Shown one piece after another: positions 6,902 to 13,649 of a stretch of DNA of 13,879 nt (positions are counted from its first letter, which is position 1; each line of letters begins with the position of its first letter). The stretch comes from Candidatus Hadarchaeota archaeon (GTDB lineage Archaea > CAYQAE01 > CAYVLA01). Position numbers and translations under genes: made by a program. The DNA is taken from the NCBI GenBank assembly GCA_964452145.1, contig CAYVLA010000086.1, forward strand, positions 1 through 13,879. Direction: 5' to 3'. The notes under the pieces are model-generated. The model saw nothing but the letters and a program-made list of their open reading frames with translations, searched no databases and was not told where the DNA came from.

Positions 6902-7600
6902 ATGCCTGTCGAATATGACCAGTTGGAATCAGCCATCCTTCGTATCCTGCGCGAAAGGACCAAGATGGGTTTCAACGAGATTCTGGAAGCCCTCAAGACG
7001 AATGGGTTGAAGGTGACCAGACCGAAGCTGTCAAGGCGCCTCAAAAATTTGGTCCGGGCCGGAGCCGTTACAAAGAGCGTGATACCCGGTTGGCCTCCAT
7101 CAACATCGTACTCACTCATGGGGAAAGAGGGTCGAGAACTGCCAAGGTCTCCGGCTAGGAGGTACCGAGCGGGGTGGAGGTTGCGTTGGACCCTGTCGGG
7201 TCTCCTAGGTGTTGGTCTCTTCATCGCGTTGACCGCGGCCTACTTGGGGGGACAGACATGTAGGTCTCTTAGAACAGATATCCTGGGAAAGGACGCCGAA
7301 CTGTCGGACCTCCGCGGGCGACTGGCGACCGCAACGGAGGGCCTTCTCCGAGCAGAGCAGAGACTTTCCACAACCTCTGAGGCTTTGATGGATGTTCAGG
7401 ATTTGCTTGGCCAAGCCAACATGACCTTGCTAGGGAAAGATTCAGAGCTTGCAGCGCTGAAAAGCCAGTTGCTTGCGCTGAAGACCAGATTGCGGACTGC
7501 AGAGGTGGAGCTGACGAAGATAGGTATGAGCCGGGTATACATTTCTGTCGAAACGAGTCCGGGGAGTATCGGCGAGAGCTTCTTGTTAACAAACCCCTGA
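6902..7600 (+). CDS. Membrane-anchored winged-helix (HxlR-like) protein with a C-terminal coiled coil
   Basis: N-terminal ILRIL...FNEIL...KLSRRLKNLVRAGAVTK...PPSTSYSL (HxlR-type wHTH), basic stretch RRYRAGWRLR, TM WTLSGLLGVGLFIALTAAYLGG, then a heptad-patterned helix. Confidence 0.82.
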   Translation: MPVEYDQLESAILRILRERTKMGFNEILEALKTNGLKVTRPKLSRRLKNLVRAGAVTKSVIPGWPPSTSYSLMGKEGRELPRSPARRYRAGWRLRWTLSGLLGVGLFIALTAAYLGGQTCRSLRTDILGKDAELSDLRGRLATATEGLLRAEQRLSTTSEALMDVQDLLGQANMTLLGKDSELAALKSQLLALKTRLRTAEVELTKIGMSRVYISVETSPGSIGESFLLTNP

Positions 7601-8067
7601 AGACTGAAACCAGCAGCGGGCCGTGGTGTCCAGCCGAATGTTCCCGTGGCATTGTCCGAGGAGGAGAGTGTCTGGCGAAGGAGGAAATGCGAACTGCCAT
7701 GTAGAGGCCCGTTTCGCTTCAACGTGAAATTTCAGTGCAGTGCAGCATCAGGTCTCAATCTGACCCGTCTGCTGGTTAGACGGATGGCAAGGAGTTGCGG
7801 CGGGATGGGCTGGAACGGCCGCATCCTTCCTACAACGGCGTTCCTTGTGCTTGCCTGTACCACTAGCAGCGTTAAGGCGCTGTCCGTTCACGCGTCAGTT
7901 GTGCGGGATCTGGTCATACTTGGCGCGCAACGTACCTAGTCATTTTATGAGCAGTAGCGTATGGATACTCATCATGTTTCGCAATGCTGACGAGATCGAA
8001 TCCTCCGCCGCACCAAGGGGAGGAGAGTCCTCTACATAGTAACCAAACGACAAAGGGTTGAGATCGC

Positions 8068-10389
8068 ATGCACCGGATGGGTCTGGTCCTTCTTGCGGCG
8101 ACCTTCCTATTCATCATCTCCAGCGGCCGCGAGATGCAGGTCACTCTCGCATATGCCGCCCCTGAGATCGTCGCCCCGGAGATCGTCATAGGTCTGGGCT
8201 GGCTGCAGAAGGCAGAGCTGGACCCCCAGGGCCCTTTCTTGGCCACCTGCAGTGATTCAGCGCTGCACCTATGGCATCTGGACGGCAGCCCTGCCTCGGT
8301 TCTCTCCGTCTCCGAGGGCCTACCTTTCTCCGGCTTTGCCTGGTCGCCAGACGGATCCATGATCGCGGTTGTCAATGCTCTCGGCAAGGTCAGACTCGTC
8401 CGCGTACCAGACCTCTTGACAGTTGCTGAACTTGACTACGACCATGGCGCCTATCCATACTCTCGAACGTACTGGGGTATAGATCCCTGGCCGGTAAGGT
8501 GGTCCCCCAACGGCTCCATGATAGCGTTGGGCTGGTGCGCTGGCCGCGTACACCTCTTCGATATTGCGAACCGGACTCACGTCGCATGCTTCTCGAAGAC
8601 CGGCGGCCAGTTCTGCGTCGCCGATGGCGGGACCATTGATTGGTCGGCCGACGGCAAGAGGATTCTCTCAAGCGGCAGTGGGGACACGCAGGTCTTTGAC
8701 CCATCCACGGGAAAGGTAATATACAAGCTTTCCGGTGAGCTGGCGGCGTTCTCGCCAGATGGCACCGCCATCGCCACTTTCAGGGATGGCTCGCTGAGGA
8801 TTTTCCGCGCCAGCAACGGTAGCCTGATTGCCTCAACTGCCATAGGGGTTGTTGGGACGGCCCTAGCCTGGTCGCCCGGTGGAGATTTCGTAGCCCTGGG
8901 TGGCTCTGATGGCAGAATCCTGATATGGGGAATCGAAAGCCAAGAGATCGTCACGGATATCTCGGCCCATTCTCTTCCCGTCTCATCCTTGTCGTGGCGC
9001 GGATCCCGCCTGGTTTCCGGTTCCAAGGATCAGACCGTGAAACTGTGGCAGGTTGACTTAGGGTCGGGGTCGCTGAGCCTCATGCGAAGGTTTGAGGGCT
9101 GGTGTTCGGCTGTCAAAACGGTCTACTGGTATCCCGACGGGGAGCTGATCATTGCGACGCATGAGGGATGGGGCGAGCCGGTCCGGGTCTTCACGCGGGC
9201 TGGTTCTGAGAAGTTCCGGATTGATCCGGACGGGTTGAACCGTTTTGGGCATGCTGTTGTCTCGCCGGACGCCAGGATGATCGCAACGTGCACGGAGTGT
9301 TTGAAAGAAGAAACAGCACGCCTTGGTCAGACGGAGGGTCTCGTCATCACCGGGGGAGAGGTGTCGATATGGGACGCAGGATTCGGAAGCTTGGTGAACA
9401 GGATATATCCCAGGATTGAGCGTGCAAGCCTGCTGGAGTGGAGCCCGCAAACAAGCATTCTGGCAGTTGCAGGTCTAGGTGGGGTTGAGGTATGGGATGT
9501 CCTCAACGTTGGGGCAGGGCCCCTGTCAAGACTGGCGGTGGGAGAGGATGTTGCTTGCACGGCCTGGTCTCCAGAAGGCTCCTATCTGGCGGTGGGGCTT
9601 GCTTCATGTGTCCAGATCTGGGATCCGTGGAGGCCGCTTCTCCTTGTTTCTTTGCCAGCTTGGAGGAATGTGCTGTCTCTGGCCTGGTCGCCTGATGGCT
9701 CGAAGCTGGCCTGTCTGGCCGGGTTTGACCGGGAAACGGATAGAGAGATTCCCACTGGTTTGTGTAATGTTTCAGATAGGACTGCGGAGATCATCGGGTT
9801 GGCCAGGGTCGTGGTTTGGGAGACTGAGGTGTTGGGTGAGGGGCTTGCGATGCTTGTGCTTCGCCAATCTGAGCTGTGGGAGAGGCTTGTGCTTCGCCAA
9901 TCTGAGTTGGGTCAGGGGCTTGCGATACTTGTGCTTCGCCACTCCCATCTTTCACTGCCTGGATGCTTGTCCTGGGCACCTAACTCGACGATGTTGGCGG
10001 TGGCTGCGGGGACACTGGACTATGGGGTGGCTAGGAATCTGGAGGAACAAAGGTTGTTAGGGGAGTGCGGCGTGTTGAGTCTTCCCGGTGGTGTGGTGTG
10101 GCGCTTGGATCCCGTCGGAGGTTTGGACTGCGCAGTTGTGTTGGCAGGGCCTTCCAGGGCGGCGAATTGTGTTGGCTGGTCCTCCGATGGGTCGGTGATC
10201 GCTGTTGGATCGGATGACGGCTCTGTCAGTCTGTACAGCGTTGGCCCGGTCCGCATCAGCGAGCTGACCCTTAGGAGTGGTGACTTGGTTATCCTTGTCC
10301 TTGCAGTGATGGCCTCCCGATGGTTCACCGAGACCTGTAGGTCCTGGGTGGCGTGGTTCCTGGGGGTGTGGGAGGCGGGGTGTTCATGA
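8068..10389 (+). CDS. Secreted/surface WD40-repeat beta-propeller protein (~14 blades) with a C-terminal hydrophobic anchor
   Basis: Signal-peptide-like N-terminus MHRMGLVLLAATFLFIISS; about 14 W/F-S-P-D-G-type blade turns; classic WD repeats (AHSLPVSSLSW...SGSKDQTVKLWQ); C-terminal VRISEL...LVILVLAVMASRW. Confidence 0.9.
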   Translation: MHRMGLVLLAATFLFIISSGREMQVTLAYAAPEIVAPEIVIGLGWLQKAELDPQGPFLATCSDSALHLWHLDGSPASVLSVSEGLPFSGFAWSPDGSMIAVVNALGKVRLVRVPDLLTVAELDYDHGAYPYSRTYWGIDPWPVRWSPNGSMIALGWCAGRVHLFDIANRTHVACFSKTGGQFCVADGGTIDWSADGKRILSSGSGDTQVFDPSTGKVIYKLSGELAAFSPDGTAIATFRDGSLRIFRASNGSLIASTAIGVVGTALAWSPGGDFVALGGSDGRILIWGIESQEIVTDISAHSLPVSSLSWRGSRLVSGSKDQTVKLWQVDLGSGSLSLMRRFEGWCSAVKTVYWYPDGELIIATHEGWGEPVRVFTRAGSEKFRIDPDGLNRFGHAVVSPDARMIATCTECLKEETARLGQTEGLVITGGEVSIWDAGFGSLVNRIYPRIERASLLEWSPQTSILAVAGLGGVEVWDVLNVGAGPLSRLAVGEDVACTAWSPEGSYLAVGLASCVQIWDPWRPLLLVSLPAWRNVLSLAWSPDGSKLACLAGFDRETDREIPTGLCNVSDRTAEIIGLARVVVWETEVLGEGLAMLVLRQSELWERLVLRQSELGQGLAILVLRHSHLSLPGCLSWAPNSTMLAVAAGTLDYGVARNLEEQRLLGECGVLSLPGGVVWRLDPVGGLDCAVVLAGPSRAANCVGWSSDGSVIAVGSDDGSVSLYSVGPVRISELTLRSGDLVILVLAVMASRWFTETCRSWVAWFLGVWEAGCS
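9832..9948 (+). repeat. In-frame tandem triplication inside the WD40 gene
   Basis: Units of 42, 33 and 42 bp encode LGEGLAMLVLRQSE / LWERLVLRQSE / LGQGLAILVLRHSH. The 22-mer gcttgtgcttcgccaatctgag is exact at 9852-9873 and 9885-9906. Confidence 0.9.
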
Positions 10390-10598
10390 CCGAGAAGGAG
10401 TTCCCGTACAGGTCATTATCCTCGGTAGCTAGGGTTCTTCTTCCAAGGGCGAAGGAGTTGCACGGTGGGGGCATGTCTTGGAGGAGTGTGGCACGACATC
10501 TTGGGGTCTCGAACGCAGCCCTGTTCATCTGGCGCAGGCTGGATGAGGAGAGTCAAGGCGCTGAGAAGAACGCCCCTTCTCGTGGGGGTGTTCGGTGA
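10386..10598 (+). CDS. Small helix-turn-helix protein
   Basis: ATG overlaps the WD40 stop (ATGA, 10386-10389) with GGGAGG upstream. GMSWRSVARHLGVSNAALFIWRR is a clear HTH motif; 70 aa. Confidence 0.72.
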   Translation: MTEKEFPYRSLSSVARVLLPRAKELHGGGMSWRSVARHLGVSNAALFIWRRLDEESQGAEKNAPSRGGVR

Positions 10599-10973
10599 GA
10601 GTCCCAGTCCACCTATGGATATGGGAGGGGAATCACAGTATGCGACATAGACCCGTCGCGGCCTCTGTCCTAGGGTTCTTCCTCGTGGCCGTCATGCTCC
10701 GGTTGGATAGTCGTTGGCATGGTCTGCGTTTCCCCGAAGGATATTGTGTGATGGCCCAAAGGTGTTCCCGAGATGTATGCGATAATGACTGACATCCCGG
10801 AGGCTGTGATGTTGACGAGAGTGGCTGACACACTCTTAGCACAACATAAGGCTTGGAACCTCGGGTCGCAACTCTCTGAGATCTGGAGATCCCTTCGGGG
10901 AATCCGGCGTTGAGTGGCCGACGCGATTCCTACGCTGGGGCACAACGGACGCATAGAACGCTGCAGCGCTACA

Positions 10974-10987
10974 GGGAACGTATATAG
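10974..10987 (+). promoter_or_regulatory. Archaeal-type promoter of the HD-domain gene
   Basis: GGGAACG (BRE-like) followed by TATATAG at 10981-10987, ~37-46 nt upstream of the candidate starts. Confidence 0.55.
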
Positions 10988-11023
10988 GTTTGATGCGCGG
11001 AAAGAACCACTGACGAGAACTGG

Positions 11024-11662
11024 GTGAGAGGCTTGACCATAAGGGCGGAGGTCTTGGAGGAGTGGCTAGGATGCCGACTTCCCGGCAATGATCCCAGCCA
11101 CGATCTTGACCACTACAGAACCGGTCTCAGATTGGCAAGAGAGATCGGCAAGGACATGCCAGGTCTTGACTGGGACATCGTGACTTCGATGATCTATCTT
11201 CACGATCACTTGCCATCCAAAAAGCACACCAGATCCGAGATTGCGGATCTTCTGCGCAGATCAGGTCTGGACGAGTCACAGGTGTCCAAGGCTTGCAGTG
11301 GCCTGGAGGATAGGTCGCTTCACATTCACAGCTATGTGAAGGATCGGAAGGCCTGGGAGAGGGCGGCGGATCGCTCGACGGCTGAGCAGAAGGTTGTAAG
11401 CGATGCACTTCACCTTGAGCTGGTAGGAGCTTTGGGTGTGGCCAGGCTGTTCGCCTTCTCCGGGGTGATTGGGAGGAGGTTCGTCCTTGGCAAGGAGGAG
11501 AAGGTGGGAGGGACGGAGGACACCCTGGACAGGTTCAGGCATAGGTTTCTGGTAGGGGATGTGATGCTCACGTCAAGGGGCAAGGAGCTGGGTAAGGGTA
11601 GAGTGAGCTTCACTCGAAGGTTTGTGAACAGATTCCTCAGAGAATGGGAAGGCAAAGCATAG
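11024..11662 (+). CDS. HD-superfamily phosphohydrolase-like protein (YedJ/COG1418-like)
   Basis: DPSHDLDH, YLHD, IHSY, KVVSDALHLELVGALGVARLF, MLTSRGKELGKGRVSFTRRFVNRFLREW. Alternative start TTG 11033, with GGTGA upstream. Confidence 0.87.
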   Translation: MRGLTIRAEVLEEWLGCRLPGNDPSHDLDHYRTGLRLAREIGKDMPGLDWDIVTSMIYLHDHLPSKKHTRSEIADLLRRSGLDESQVSKACSGLEDRSLHIHSYVKDRKAWERAADRSTAEQKVVSDALHLELVGALGVARLFAFSGVIGRRFVLGKEEKVGGTEDTLDRFRHRFLVGDVMLTSRGKELGKGRVSFTRRFVNRFLREWEGKA

Positions 11663-11731
11663 TCTGTCCAGGGATCCCCAATCACTCACCTAGCCTTATC
11701 AGAATCTAAGAATAGAACAGGGTATTGTCGA

Positions 11732-11748
11732 CACCCTCTTGGAGGGTG
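11732..11748. terminator. Perfect 7-bp hairpin between convergent genes
   Basis: CACCCTC-ttg-GAGGGTG between the HD gene (+) and the small acidic gene (-). No adjacent T tract, so function is uncertain. Confidence 0.3.
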
Positions 11749-11848
11749 GCAAGCACCGCCCAGAACTCAATCTGTCAAAAGCTTACAGCTAGTTAATAGT
11801 TCCTGCCCCGGGGGCGATATCTGTCTCAGCAGAAACCGATGGTTGTTC

Positions 11849-11995
11849 TTACCAGAATCTCCACCAGGGCTTCTTCTTCTCCTCGCCAGCCTCCTTCTCA
11901 GCGGCCTCCTTGGGAGCTTCCTCAGGAGCTTCCTCGGCTTTCTCGGGCTCTTCGGGCTTTTCAGCTTCCTCAGGTTTCTCCGTTTCTGGAGCCAT
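11849..11995 (-). CDS. 48-aa acidic low-complexity peptide with a C-terminal KKKPWWRFW motif
   Basis: Translated by hand: MAPETEKPEEAEKPEEPEKAEEAPEEAPKEAAEKEAGEEKKKPWWRFW*. SD GGTGGAGG lies upstream of ATG 11995 and GATAACCTAATAAG (promoter-like) further upstream. Below the ORF-track length cutoff. Confidence 0.8.
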   Translation of the reverse strand: MAPETEKPEEAEKPEEPEKAEEAPEEAPKEAAEKEAGEEKKKPWWRFW

Positions 11996-12167
11996 CGAAT
12001 CCCTCCACCGGTTGTATTCTCCAGTCCCCTTATTAGGTTATCCACAACTGCTGCGGCACTGCGGCGACCACGACAGCATCAGAGAAGCACAGCCAATGCG
12101 CACGTTGTGTTACATAAGAATGCTTTTTCAGACTTAGCGGAGGAAGATCCTGTGGGGAGGTAAGTTA

Positions 12168-12422
12168 TTGGGCTTGCTCGATTCGCTTCGGAAGGAAGAG
12201 AAGCAAGATGAGTGCGAAGCCTGGAAGACTGAATGGCAGCAACTGCGAGGCACAGGACTTGTCTGCAGGATAGAGCAGACAGCGAACAATCTGGGGACGC
12301 ACTATCGTGAGCAGGGAACCAGAGACCAGAGGGACCTCAACTTCGACACCGCCCTGGAGGAGATCACTCTTCCTCGATGCACCTTGAAGGCATTGAGAGA
12401 AGAGGTCTCGACAGAAGACTGA
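12168..12422 (+). CDS. Small hypothetical protein with an MGLLDSLRK amphipathic-type N-terminus
   Basis: Strong SD GGGGAGGT shortly before TTG 12168; 84 aa, charged and helical; divergent from the 48-aa gene. Confidence 0.6.
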   Translation: MGLLDSLRKEEKQDECEAWKTEWQQLRGTGLVCRIEQTANNLGTHYREQGTRDQRDLNFDTALEEITLPRCTLKALREEVSTED

Positions 12423-12794
12423 TGGTCGTGAAGCCTGCAGGTGAGATTGCTTAGAGTCGGACTTGTACCAATGCCGAGGATGATAGTAGTCAGACAAGCT
12501 GAGAACGGCCTAACGATGCCGGACAAGTATAGTTGGTCTGGGCAATTGGGAATGTTTAGATGCTTCTAATTCTAACGCAGTACAGCCGCATTTTGAAGCG
12601 AGTCCGCTTCTAGGCGGACAGCAACCCCTTTCGGCTGGGGGGAAAAAAGCACAGCAGTCTCGGTCGTTGTTGCTGAGTTGCCCCCTTGTGACCCCCGCAA
12701 CCCTGACGCTTCTTGATGTCTGAGGATTAATAAACGCGCCGGTAGAGGTAGAGCGTGACGTGGGGGTTATTGGACGAAGGTTAACGTTGGGAGA

Positions 12795-13649
12795 TTGCGG
12801 CTGATACAGGTCTGCCTGCTCGCACTAGGCGCCCTTCTTGCGTTGCAGACCGCGTGGTTGCTTGTGCGAGAGACGGAGCTTCACTATCGCTTGCCGGTAC
12901 TGCGACCCAATGGTACGATTGAGGAATACGTCAAGCTTCCTACATGGGACGCTTGGCATCAGTACAGGCTGTATCCAGGTATGTGGCGGAGGCCGCAAGT
13001 CAGGATGCCCAGTGTTGAAATGGTGCTTGCGGGCGCTTTGTGGTTTGTTGGGTCGGGTCTGCTGATTGGTGAACGGGTTGCCAGGAATAGGGGTCATCTG
13101 TCCAGGAGGGAGAGGAACGATCCGGGAAGAATCACTGCTCGTGTGGCAAGTTGGAGGAAGATCATAGCCGTGGCTGGGGTATGTCTTCTGGTTTCGGGTG
13201 GGATCTTGGTTGTGGTGGGTTATCATCGGTTTCAGAGGGCAAGAGATGCCTACGTAGCTCTTAGGGAGCACCTGGGACTTGACCCCAGGTTGCCCCCCAT
13301 CAGACTCGATGAGTTGTTCCGTAATGTATGGATCGGCCCTCCGCTCATAGGGGCGGTTTCGCTTGCAGCCGCGGGCTTGGCTTGTGTCGTTGCGAGTAGG
13401 ATCGAAAGGTTGTTGAGATGGGGCATCGGGGCGAAATGGGCCAGGAAGATGGCAGTGGCCGGTGTATGTCTATTGGGTCTATCCGGCGTCTTGTACCATC
13501 TCGTGATGTCGGGTGAAGAGTGGCTGAATCCCTTGCTCTTCTGGTTCTCGCTTATTGCAGGTATTGCCTGTACTGTTGCGGCGGTTATCGCTGAGCGCAT
13601 AGATGTATCTGCACTGCTTGGCGCCCGTGACAATGGTGTGGCAGACTAG
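12795..13649 (+). CDS. Hypothetical integral membrane protein, ~6 TM segments in three repeated hairpins
   Basis: 284 aa with six hydrophobic segments; recurring VCLL..G starts and (E/S)R(I/V) ends; GGGAGA before TTG; TTAATAAA at 12727-12734. Confidence 0.75.
   Translation: MRLIQVCLLALGALLALQTAWLLVRETELHYRLPVLRPNGTIEEYVKLPTWDAWHQYRLYPGMWRRPQVRMPSVEMVLAGALWFVGSGLLIGERVARNRGHLSRRERNDPGRITARVASWRKIIAVAGVCLLVSGGILVVVGYHRFQRARDAYVALREHLGLDPRLPPIRLDELFRNVWIGPPLIGAVSLAAAGLACVVASRIERLLRWGIGAKWARKMAVAGVCLLGLSGVLYHLVMSGEEWLNPLLFWFSLIAGIACTVAAVIAERIDVSALLGARDNGVAD

Noticed and set aside
9832..9948. Repeated 22-mer considered as a mini CRISPR array
   Set aside because: The intervening sequences are only ~11-20 bp and related to each other, the repeats are in frame within a CDS, and there are no cas genes or leader.
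10386..10598. Small HTH considered as IS3-family OrfA of an insertion sequence
   Set aside because: No downstream DDE OrfB, frameshift signal or terminal inverted repeats; kept only as a generic HTH protein.
12038..12046. Perfect bacterial DnaA box TTATCCACA
   Set aside because: Single copy, with no cluster or unwinding element. The context looks archaeal and the site overlaps the promoter-like element of the 48-aa gene; a lone 9-mer can arise by chance.
11767..12163. Low-complexity ORFs 11767-12045 (-), 11843-12163 (+), 11839-12036 (+) and 11910-12137 (+)
   Set aside because: Alternative frames and antisense of the 48-aa E/K/P/A-rich gene, which has the SD, ATG and recognisable C-terminal motif.
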